From contig JBHGNT010000005.1 in assembly GCA_043228905.1 (NCBI GenBank), forward strand, positions 9,734,001 to 9,798,000: a stretch of 64,000 nucleotides of DNA. Reading direction: 5' to 3'. The stretch's first letter is position 1, and each line of letters begins with the position of its first letter. Under the pieces are notes generated by a model. It made no database searches, had not been told where the DNA came from, and worked only from the letters and a program-made list of their open reading frames with translations. Below are positions 36,301 through 47,878 of the stretch, one piece after another. Both the position numbers and the translations under genes were made by a program. This DNA comes from Azolla caroliniana. Taxonomy: Eukaryota > Plantae > Polypodiophyta.

Positions 36301-39179
36301 TGAAGTAAAAGTAAACATCCATTTATAAAGTCACAAAACTACAACACGACAAAAAAGGAATTGTATTGCTAGGAGCTAGCTTTTAAATATTCATCAACAT
36401 TTTATACATTGCATGCATATTTTAGTGTAAGTGAATATTCTTCTTGATCCACTTCCTTACTTTTGAAGAAAATTGAACATACTAACTACATCCATAATTG
36501 TTATCTCAAATTTTCATGATATAGGGCCATGAAACCTAATAGAGACGTGGTTTTACAATAGTTCCCACTTGTTTATAATGGTTGAAAAATGGGTACATGT
36601 TCCAATGCCAAGACAACTCTCCAAATCCTAAATATAACTATACACTCAAAAGACGAGAAAATCATTAGATTTGATATATGAATGTTACAAATTGACAAGT
36701 AGCTCCTTCATGACTAATCATTTGTACAAGAACCCATGTGGAGATTTTTAGTACCTCAAACATGTTGATTTATGTAGTGTAACTATGTTTATGAGAAAAT
36801 ATGTCGAATGCACTTGTATGCATCTTTTCGTTCCTAAATTCATTCAACTAGATTCTTTCTTTATATCATAAGAAGTGACAAACAAAATGATTGGGTATAT
36901 CCAGAATGTCCTAAGATTATAAAGTTTATTTCTAATATGTTTGATCATGGTAGAACTTTCTATGTTCCTTGAACTGTGATATTTACTGAACTTGGAGTCT
37001 TGCCTGATTTTGGAGTAGGTTGGGTTAGTGAAATGAGGTTGCATGGGGGAAATGTACAACCTTCAACAAATTTTATCTTTGTCGAGAATAATGTATTGTA
37101 GTCCAACATGCCATTCATAAACACCCTTGAGTTCCAATAAGTTAACCTTGAGAATCTAAGGTCTCTTATATTACGTATAAACATAATGCTTTCAAACCTA
37201 CAAAGTTTTTTTTATTCACCATAGAATTTGATAATGAAAAAACAAGCCTCAATAGAGCCCCAGTTTCTTCGAATCCATGACTATACATACTCCAAACACA
37301 TTTCTTCATTTGTAGAGTATCCTCTATATTTCTGTAAGTAGTTATACTTCTTATAATGTAATCCACGGTCAAACAAAATAAGCACAAATTCTTGAAAATG
37401 TGTACTCCAAGTTAATTGCATGTTAGTCTATATATTTATTTCCCCATTAGGATATCGCTCTCTCTCTCTCTCTCTCTCTCTGGGCTCAATTGAATTCTAC
37501 TACACATGTTCAAAACCAATATGGGCATTTCTTAATGTAGAGTCAATACACCTTTAAACCTACCTTTTCTGAAGCTTGATTGATGTCAAATGGACTTGTG
37601 AAGTTATGCCAAACTCCTAAAGTTGATCAAAATTATTTTTAGGTGGATGAATGTGGATATGACAGATTACCTTACATTAATGTGAAATTCATGGACTCTA
37701 AATATATAAACCGACACATTTGCAAGCGTCAGATTCTATATTTTTTAAATGGGCATACTACAAATCTGGTGATATAGCATGTTATGTGTAATAGTATCCT
37801 AAAATAGACAAACCAGTGTTATAGAAGGCTTACGCACATGGAATGTAAAGGTCCTACAAGTCAGTAAATTTTAGGGTTCAACCATTGTAATGTGTAGATT
37901 TGGACAAACATTAATTGGCTTGCGCGCAATATTGTTAAAAACAACAAAGTTTGGGATAAGCAAGACAGAATGATATTATGTCGAACAAAAAATTGTAGAT
38001 AATATAGCGAGGATATCTTTTTACCAATATTGATTTACATGTCACTAAAACGTCACGCCTATTTTTTCGACAAAAAAATGCTTAACGTCAATGCTCATAT
38101 AATACTCAAGGAAAAAAAATGGCATCCACACACATAACAAGGAAAATGAAATGTGATGATGATGACTTTACCTTGGAACTCTTATCAAAGTCAAAGCTTT
38201 TTGTTTTCTTAGGTAGCCCAAGAAATGGACCTAAATTCCATGCAATAAGGAGTGGCTCTACAAAGTTCTCATACATTAGTACTCCGTGTTATGTGTGCCA
38301 AATGCACTTTACTCTCCATCATTCTCTAAATATTGAGTTGTCATCTTGCTCTCTCTATAGATATTGAACAAATCTAAATGTTATATTTTTTCTGCAAGGA
38401 GATGTGATGTTGGAGGAGATGATATGAAGGTGATACTCTTCTTGTGGTTCATGAAGAGAAGTTTTAAAGATTTACATAGTGCATTCCTTTTTTATTTCAT
38501 TTAAAACTTCTATAGGTTATTAGGTTATTATTCAAGAGGGAAAAAAACAAAAACTTACTATATTTTTCTCTTAAAAGACATTAATGTATCTTTCTTTCTT
38601 TCTTAATGTGTAGGATGACAAATAAAACAAGTATACAAATATGATATGGATGAAGGCTATAGGGCAATGTCCGAATATTCAAGAGGAGTTAAGATGTTGT
38701 TAAGATAAATTCATATCTCTGTCCGACTATATGGTAGCCAAGCCAGGTGGTATGATCTAATGCGACAATGCTATGTGCAATGAATGAGTGAAGATTGGGC
38801 AACCAGAAGAATGGTTTGAAATCAAGTGTAACATAATTGGTGAAACATATGGTGGAAAAGCAATACTACTACTAGCTCCCATAAGAATAGCTTAGGCTAA
38901 ATACTTAAAGGAATAGTAACCTCTACTACTACTTCTTCTATTCCCTTGGGTAATAAAAAGGTGATGACATTATAAACATTAACTAATAAATGGAAAGCTT
39001 TCTTTTCTGTCATTAATGTTCAAGCAAACAAAAAGTCTTGCACCACAATACATATATACGTGTGATATGCGTGTGCAATTTTTTAGATAAGACAAAAAAA
39101 TTTGTGTTGTGTCCATACAAGCATTCATCATTTGAGCATAAATAAAATTGTGTTGTGTCCATACAAGATATATACATAG

Positions 39180-39366
39180 ATGGAGGAGAGACGATGCACC
39201 TTGCCTCCTGGGTTTAGGTTTCACCCCACTGAGGAAGAACTCATTCATTTCTATCTCAAGAGAAAAGTAAGGTGCTCCATCTCTGGCACACATGCGCATG
39301 ACTTCGATTTCGACCATATCATCCCGGAAGTGCACCTCAACCAACTTGAACCATGGGACATTCAAG
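39180..39366 (+). CDS. NAC transcription factor (VND/NST/SMB clade), exon 1
   Basis: [19 protein letters not shown]...LEPWDIQ; donor G|GTAC at 39367. Confidence 0.95.
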
Positions 39367-39990
39367 GTACTAACTTCTATGCCCTTTTTACATAAGCATT
39401 GGTATCATATATGTACGCACAAATAATGGTTTCCATTATTGAATTTTGTGTGTTGTTTTTGTAAGTATGCATGTGTATTTTGTGTTTCTACATTTTTAAA
39501 GAAATACTAGAACATATAAGCAAATAACATTGTTTGCCATGTCGAACTCTTCAAATACGTTTTTTATGGGTAGGGTGGGGGGATGATGAGATCACATGCT
39601 TGGATGAATCAATTATTTGTGCACGATTAGTTCAAGCATTTCTGAGATTTGCCCTCGATATAATTAGTACAAAATATCTTGTGTCATGTGGAGAGCAAGT
39701 TATTACCATAATTTGATTGTCTTTTGATAACTTTGAAATACTCCAAGGGTTTGAACTCCTTACAAGTTGGGGTAGCATACGGTGATAACCTTGCCATACC
39801 CTCTCAAGGAATTGTGGGTTGATCAATTGTGTTTGTTAAAATCTCCATTGCAAAATAATACAAAAACATTTGTGATAATATAATATTGTTTCATGATATA
39901 AAGGTAATTCGTCTTGTTTATCACTTCATAATTCATTCTAGTAATTAATCCACACATATCCTTAACACATTTTCTAATGGTAATGTATAG

Positions 39991-40316
39991 AGAAATGCAA
40001 GGTGGACACAACTCATCAAACAGAATGGTACTTTTTTACTCATAAGGATAAGAAGTACACCACTGGTATGCGAACTAACAGGGCGACCAAGGAAGGATTT
40101 TGGAAAGCTACTGGAAGGGACAAACCCGTGGTTTCCTCGTGTACCACTTGGCATGACCAAGATGAACCTCGACTTCTACACATTGGTATGCGTAAGACCC
40201 TTGTTTACTACAAGGGTCGTGCTCCACATGGTATCAAGTCAAATTGGATTATGCACGAATTTCGTCTTCTTCAACTTCTAGAGAATAAAAACACGGTTAG
40301 GTCATATTCCTCTCAG
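39991..40316 (+). CDS. NAC transcription factor, exon 2
   Basis: Acceptor tatag 39990; EKC...[29 protein letters not shown]...[27 protein letters not shown]; donor 40317 (alternative in-phase donor at 40296). Confidence 0.93.
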
Positions 40317-40600
40317 GTCTTTACAATGCCTTATTCTATATTTGCTTCTAATGTCATAGGCTTTCTTAATACATAACGTTATCACATTCATCCCCGTGAG
40401 ATTTCCTCCATAAAATACCCAAGCAAACTTATATTAGTGGTACATGTACTATGTCATGTGTACAATGACATCTTTCATGTTGTACCCAATATGCATCATT
40501 ATATATTAGAGTTTCAGTAATCTTATTGATCCACTTATTTTTTAAGCAACTGTATCTTAAAATGAATGCATTTTTACGATGTTGTTGTTGAAATCTACAG

Positions 40601-41272
40601 GAAGATGGAGGATGGGTATTGTGTCGTGTTTTTAAGAAAAGCCATTATGATGAGAGAAGAACTTATGGTCAAGTTAATCCAACTTTCTCTGATGTAGATG
40701 AGTCAATTGATGGACCTCTTGTTAAAATGTATGGATTGGAAACATCTATGGATAATGAGAATGTGGAACCCATGATCAAGAATGTCTTTTGTAAACAAGA
40801 GTTTGTAGATGAACTCCCTCAATTGGAAAGTCCCAAGATAAATCCTAATATTTCCAACATTAATCTTTATGATAATGGCATTGGTTTACATTCAAACATA
40901 ACACTTAATGATTTCATAAGAGCAAACCTTGCTGAGACCAGTGGTCCTCTCCAAAGAAAAGCATACCAAGTACCTTTGTATCCTCATCACCTCTCAATAC
41001 AAGAATACCTTCTAAATCAAAGTAGAAATTTCAACATGGTGGAGGAAGACATGTCCCAATGTATTGAGAACACCAATACACAAGTGTTCATCGATGGTGC
41101 ATATTCTTCTAGTTATGACAACTTCATTAAAAGCCATGGTCTAGAAGGCCTTAATCCAGTTCCAAATGATCCATTCTTCCTCCATTCAACTACACACATA
41201 AGTCGGATGCATCCATCACTAGATACTTGCTCCTCTAACAATGAGATAGAGCTATGGAACTTCTCACGATAA
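40601..41272 (+). CDS. NAC transcription factor, exon 3 (subdomain E and activation region); about 394 aa in total
   Basis: Acceptor ctacag 40600; EDGGWVLCRVFKK, CKQE, LPQLESP (LP-box), C-terminal ELWNF. Confidence 0.93.
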   Translation, partial: EDGGWVLCRVFKKSHYDERRTYGQVNPTFSDVDESIDGPLVKMYGLETSMDNENVEPMIKNVFCKQEFVDELPQLESPKINPNISNINLYDNGIGLHSNITLNDFIRANLAETSGPLQRKAYQVPLYPHHLSIQEYLLNQSRNFNMVEEDMSQCIENTNTQVFIDGAYSSSYDNFIKSHGLEGLNPVPNDPFFLHSTTHISRMHPSLDTCSSNNEIELWNFSR

Positions 41273-43447
41273 TTACAAGTATTATTGAAGTCAAAGTCTC
41301 CATTGTAACTAACACATGTCTAATAAGGTTTTGTTCATTTGTAGGTTTGTTAGCATTGCCTAAAGAAGGGTCGAGTGCTATTATTTTCCACCTTATTAAT
41401 GTGCAAAAGGGAATTTAGAAATCCATACTGTAAGAAAAAACAATCAAGATGCATGTTCTTGGATACTGGTCTATACAACTATGAATAAATCATGCAAGCA
41501 TGTGAAGTATTTCCTTATATGTAATGAGCCTATCATGTTTGAATCCATTACATGAAGGGTATTACCATGTGATTTCCAGCTTTTGCATCTCTTCAACGAC
41601 TATGATTTACTTATTAGTAAAAGATGCAATTTGTGGTTTGATGTAGACGGATGTGATGAGTTGCTAAACTTGGGCCCCTTTGCTTACCTTGCTCTCTTGG
41701 ATGATAAATCAATGTTAAGTGTGATCTCCACTAATATAATATAATATAATGGATTTTTTATCATCCATGAAGGGGCCAAATTTGACCTATGGAACTAAAT
41801 AAACATATCATCTTATATGTGACTTCTTCCTATACTATAAACTCTTTACGTGAACATAATGCACATATGTGCTCACCCTTCTTGTCGAAGATTTGAGTAT
41901 GAAACTTAATTAGGACTTATATCTCGTATGTGACAAATAAGTGATATTCATCCTCCACTAGGTTTTCATTGCATACCTTGCATATCTTCATAATTAGGTG
42001 ATGATGTCATGATGCTACCTCACACTTAATTTGTGTGAGCAAGTTCGAAGATGGGCTCTCCAAGAGCCAAGTCTTGTGGGGGTAGTAAGATGCGGTTGGA
42101 TGTATTTTGACATTTTTACCTTGTATTACAAGCAACGTTGATGGTTAACATTTGCAATGTAGTATTCCTATTTTCATGATGTCAAGCACCTATTGTGATG
42201 AGATCCTACGTTCCAAGCATGTATTGAGAATAAACAATGCATGATGAACACTCGATTCAGTTTGATATGTCAAATAGATATGAGATTAAGAACACATTAA
42301 CAATCACTACACCAATATGGCTCCAATAATCAATCCCTCTTACAAGACTGGGAGTTAGCACACTAGTTTTACTACAAATGAGGAGACATTAAGATAGTTA
42401 CAATAATTAATCTTGCTTAAATAAGTCGTTCTCTCATTAGTCTCTTTTCAAAAGGTTTTATACAAAACAATGGAGTGCTTGTTATTGGGAGAGGTGTGCA
42501 TTGCATTTCAATTCATTGAGGTCACATGTGACATTCTAGTACCTTCTTTTTCTACCCATATATGAGTTATCTTCAAAAGTACTCATTTATCTGACTTTGC
42601 TACTTAGCTATTGTGCTAAAGGACCAGTTAGAGGAATCCCATAATATTCAGATTCCTCCAACTATAGTATTTGCCTTACCTTACACCTTTATACGATAGA
42701 TTATAGGCATATAACAAGTACACATTGTCAGGATGCCTATATAGGTACATGTATTTTTATATGTACATATGTATGCATTTGTGCATGTGTGTATTTATCT
42801 TGGATGTATCTTGTAGTTCAATGTGCAAACTTTAAGTAAAATGTTTGCACATCTTTCTTTTGCATGTGATCACTGATGAGTGTATGTCCCATAACACCCT
42901 CATAATATATGGATGTTTTGTTTTTATTTAAAAGTGTAATATGCCTATGTATTGTATGAATGTCTCATAGCGCCATAGCTAGCGGATTTGATGATACTAA
43001 AAATGATTTATGAGATAACTATTCATTTTGTTGTGTGTGGTTCCATCTCCATGCGTTGTAACATATATTGCTAATGAAATATGCATACTTTCTTGTATGC
43101 ATTCTAAATGATGGCTATAGGGTTGTCAATAAGGATAGTCTCTTCTACTATGTATGTAAAGAAGAAGCAAACTCCACAAGAATTCAGTAGATGTCACAAT
43201 CATGCAAAATCTCTATAAAAGTTGACACTTTGAGTGGATGGTTGAAAGCTAACACCAAGTGATGAATTTTTAACATTATTACCATTGCCTTTTAAAAGGC
43301 AATATACCTTGGATTTTGGATGATGGATTTATAAAGCCATTCCTTATGAGCAAATTGTTTGTGTTCATTAAATTGAAGCATAATAATGTGGATTTTCTAT
43401 GATGAATATAAAAATAGACCCATTACTCGAGAATTGGATCAATAACC

Positions 43448-43838
43448 TGTAAAGAATCGGTTATGATTCTTGTGAAGCGGAAGAGATGTGAGTTATGTGT
43501 GTGTATGAGAGAGAGAGTGAGTGAGAGAGAGACAAGGAATAATACACAGAGAATACGCAAGGTAAAAGTATCTTAACAAAGGAGAAAGACTCAACACTAT
43601 ACAAGGTGGGAGGAGGGTGCTTTATATAGTCACCCTCTCTTTTCATTAACTACAAGACTCATGGAGCATGGGGAATGTGAAAGCTCATAAGTTATGTGTC
43701 ATAGAATATGATTCTATGACTCATACTAAATGCTAGAATACAAGGAGGTGATATAATGGTGACTCTTGACCGTTGGAGTGTCTATTCACTCTCAAGGTGA
43801 GTTCACACACTAGACCAACTTGAGCTTGATTCTCAACA
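43448..43838 (-). repeat. Additional full 391-bp copia LTR copy
   Basis: Near-identical to 56450-56840 and followed by the same 66-bp flank. Confidence 0.93.
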
Positions 43839-44414
43839 ACTATAAATCATGAAAATTTATGCATTTGAATTTAAGAATGAATCCAAAAGTAATCACATGT
43901 GAGAGAGAGACAAGGAATAATACACAGAGAATACGCAATGTAAAAGTATCTTAAAAAAGTAGAAAGACTCAACACTATACAAGGTGGGAGGAGGGTGCTT
44001 TATATAGTCACCCTCTCTCTTCATTAACTACAAAACTCATGGAGCATGGGGAATGTGAAAGCTCATAAGTTATGTGTCATAGAATATGATTCTATGACTC
44101 ATACTAAATGCTAGAATACAAGGAGGTGATATAATGGTGACTCTTGACCGTTGGAGTGTCTATTCACTCTCAAGGTGAGTTCACACACTAGACCAACTTG
44201 AGCTTGATTCTCAACACGCCCCCTCAAGCTCAAGTTGGGTCGGTTTCAGACGGTATCCGAAATCCGCTTGGACTCGTGTTCCGGAGTCCGCGTTGACTCA
44301 CATTTATGCGGAGTTGCGGAATCCGTGCTCCAGCTTGCGTTGTGCATAGTTGCGAAGTCTGTGCTTCGGCTTGCGTCTTCCTTCGCGGCTTTGCGTGGTA
44401 GATCGGCTCTTCGC

Positions 44415-44533
44415 GGCTTCGTTGCGTGGTTGCATAATCCATGCGTTCTTGTGTAGTGTGCGTGGCTTGCGGAATCCACGTGTTATTGCGTAATGTGTGC
44501 GGTTTGCGGAATCCACGCATTATTGTGTAATGT
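44415..44533. repeat. ~37-bp tandem repeats in the copia 3' UTR
   Basis: g.gta.tgtg.g.gg.ttgcggaatccacg..ttatt repeated about 3 times; gcggaatcc-like motif also recurs at 44317. Confidence 0.75.
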
Positions 44534-45724
44534 CTTTAGTACTCCCCCTCAACCTTGGCAGGTCAGGGATTGTCAATCCGAGATCGGTCATGAATTGCCA
44601 CAGCTTGTCGGCTCCTAAGGCTTTAGTGAAGATGTCGGCCATTTGAAGATTAGTGCTAATGTGTTGTAGGTCGACATCGCCGGCTAGAACGTGCTCTCGG
44701 ATGAAGTGAAAGTGCACTTCGATGTGCTTTATTTGTGCGTGGAACACCGGGTTCCAAGCCAGATAGATACTGCTCATGTTGTCGTAGTAAAGGGAAGTCG
44801 GATCCTTGATGGGTATGCCCAGATCCTTGAGTATCCTTTTGAGCCATACGGCTTCACATGTGGCCACTGCCATGCCCCTGTATTCCGCCTCTGTGCTCGA
44901 AAGAGCAACGGTAGGCTGCTTCTTGCTACTCCAGGATATTGCTCCGTTGTAGAGGGAGAAAACAAATCCAGAGGTTGATCTTCTATCGGCTTTGTAAGCC
45001 GGCCCAATCGGCATCTGTGTACCCCTCAAGTCGTATTGGCATTGCGGTCTTGTAGAGGATGCCGAAATCCATTGTGCCACTCACGTATCGTAGAACTCGC
45101 TTAACGCATTCCAAGTGAGTATCACGCGGTGTCGTGAAGAAAACCGTCCACAAGCGGAATCGGTGCGCCGGAGCGTAGGAACCAGCTCTTCATGCACGTG
45201 CGCCTTATGTTGTACATAGGAGATCCTAGGCAGGCAGATTCGGTAGGTAGGAAGTAAAGGGGAAACGGCTCCTTCCTTGCCTATAAAGGGAGGGAGGACG
45301 AAGTGCTGTCGGGCTGTCGGTCGAAGGCTTCTCTCTACTCTCCGTAGCTTCTTTTTGTGCAGGTTTCGGGAGGCTCGCGCTGCTCTGAGGAATGCCCGAG
45401 CGCTTCCGGCAACACCTCCAACCTACTCCTTTCCTTCTGAGTTTTTGCGAACAGGCATCGACATCTGTTCGCCGGCCTGTTCGGTTGTAACGGACCTCGT
45501 GCTTCTTGTTGTTTGTCTTGTTTATATATATTTTACATACATTCGTGTCTCACTGTGTCGCTGTCGCACTCGCGTCTTTGTGTCGAAGGGCCGTGTCGAA
45601 GCTCGCACCTAGTGGGTCTCTTCCCTTCTCCTTTTTCTCTCTTGCTCTTCGGTACAAGACCCCCGAGGTCCCGCCTCGTTCCACGCATCCGCGAGGAATA
45701 CCTCGATATCTTGGTGAACCCGAC

Positions 45725-47878
45725 ATGAAGGAGGCGGCAGAAGAGCAGAAGATGAAAGGGTCGGATCTTGCAGAGGCCATGGCTTCGGCCGTGGATCGGA
45801 TATTGAGCGCACGCGAGGGCTCCGGCGCCCTCGACAGAGCCATTGAGGCGGTCGTCGGTACGATCGGCCGGTTCAGCGGAAAGGATGCCACGAAGTATTT
45901 GGCATCCTACGGGGCAGAAATGCTGATGCGGGACATTCCGGAAGAGAGGCGTCTTGCCGGGTTTCCTCGAGTGGCGATGCCGAGCATCCATGCGGAGGTG
46001 CTCGAGGTGCGGGCGGAGAGCCGTACCTGGGAGGAGTTCGAAGGCCAACTCCTGGAAAAATACGGGCTGGACGACGTGCTCCGGCTTTCGAAACGAGACT
46101 TCATGGAATGGGTGGAGTCCCATGGCAAGGGAAGAAACGCATCGGCACTCCTCCGGGAGTTCGAAGAACGTTTTGTGCGCCTTTCGGCGCTTGACCGAAC
46201 CGTTCTGGATACGAGCCGGGTCCTACTGTTCGTCAAGTCAGTGGACGAGCGGGACCGGGATCAAGTCGGCTCCTTGCTGGAAACCGAAGACGGGCTGACG
46301 ACCGACTGGGCTGCGGTTAAGAGGGTCTGTGGCTGTTTCGACAAACGGCGAGAATGGGCTGATAACGGGGCGGCCGGTGCGGGGTCTGTCACAGCAAGGA
46401 GGCTTGAACCGGCACCGCAAAGGCGAAGGGAAGAAACCCGGGAATGGCTCGAAACCGGTCCGGCTGCGACCGGCATGGTCAGTGGCTCGTCCGGAGGAGC
46501 AGCGCTCGAGGAGTTGACGCGGGCGATAAAGGATCTCCAGATCGCCCAGACTCGAAGGGAAGGCAACGAACCGGCTCGTGACCGACGGCCGGCAACAGGG
46601 AACAGGTGCATGTGGTGTGACGAGGTCGGCCACATCCGGAAGGACTGCGGCGATTTCACAGAAGCGTTAAGGAATTGGGTGGTGTACCTGTGGGAAGGCC
46701 GGGTGCACGCCGACGACACCAGAAGGGCCCTAAACCGAAACGACAGACGAGGAGGTATGAAGAGACTGATGGAAGAGGCAGCGGCCCGACACGTGGAGGC
46801 CATCCACTACTCGGCGTCGGCCGACATTCGGGTCGGGGGCAACGAGGCCCGAAAGGAGGGCAAAGACGGATTCTGGTCGGCAATGCTGGAAGGTCTTGCC
46901 GGCACACGGCTAAGGAAAGACGAAACGGACCGTGCTGAGAGGTGGGTCCGGGAAATAACCGGGTGGAGCGATTCGGTCGAGGAGAAGACGGGCTTCGTAG
47001 AAGCTACCTGCCGGAACTACGAGGCTCTGGTAGAAGACAAGCGAGTGGGGAAAGCCGAAGCGGCCGGGCCCTCACAACGGTACGAGACCCGATTCGGGCA
47101 ACGACGGAACGATGCCGGTGGGTCTGGCTCGCAAGATAACCCCAGGAAGGGCGGATACCGACTGGAGACGGAAATAGAAAGGACTATGGACCTACGAAAG
47201 GTCCTAGAAGAACGGATCCTCGACAGCAAAGTGGAGCTGTCATTGCGGGAGGTGCTAGGGATCGCCAAGAAGGAGTTCCACGACTCCATTGTGGACCTGG
47301 TGAAACGGAAGAGGCTGTCGACGGAGACGGAACCGGAAAGACCGGTGGAGGTGCGGACGACGCACATCGACAACATGGCGATGGAAGACGAGTGGGCGGA
47401 GAGCCACTATTCGAGGCCACACTGGGCCCGAGCGACCACGGAGACCCCGGTAAAGATCGGAGATGTTCAGGAACCGGTGGTGGTGTTGGTGGACCACGGT
47501 TCGGAAATTAACTTAATGTCCATGGACTTCTATAAGAAGGGAAAGTGGCCGATCAACACCAGGCACGGGTGGAAGATACGGGCGGCGACGCGCGCCACCG
47601 AGGAACTGCACGGGGCCTGCCCGAATGTGCGAGTAAAGATCGGCGACGTCGAGATCGACCAGCACTTCTTCGTACAGGAGACGTCCTCGCACCCGGTCAT
47701 ATTAGGGGAACCATACATCACGGCGGCACGAATGGAGACCAAGGTGCTGGACAACGGTTCGGCCTACGCTAGGGTCAAAAGCTAGGACGGGCGCCATTCG
47801 GTCCAATTTCTGACGGTACGGCCGAACCACGAGCGAAACCGCGAATCCCTCGGTGGCGAGAACCGGGAGGATTTTTAG
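45725..47878 (+). pseudogene. gag: gag-protease (one premature TAG at 47783-47785)
   Basis: CMWCDEVGHIRKDC knuckle; VLVDHGSEINLM protease; VILGEPY; frame ends GAT TTT TAG. Confidence 0.88.

Noticed and set aside
33300-37400. Possible degraded DNA-transposon or gene remnants in the intergenic region (also 23100-23430 and 28000-28600)
   Set aside because: Some codon-like texture, but no identifiable motif, TIR or intact frame; cannot be supported without a search.
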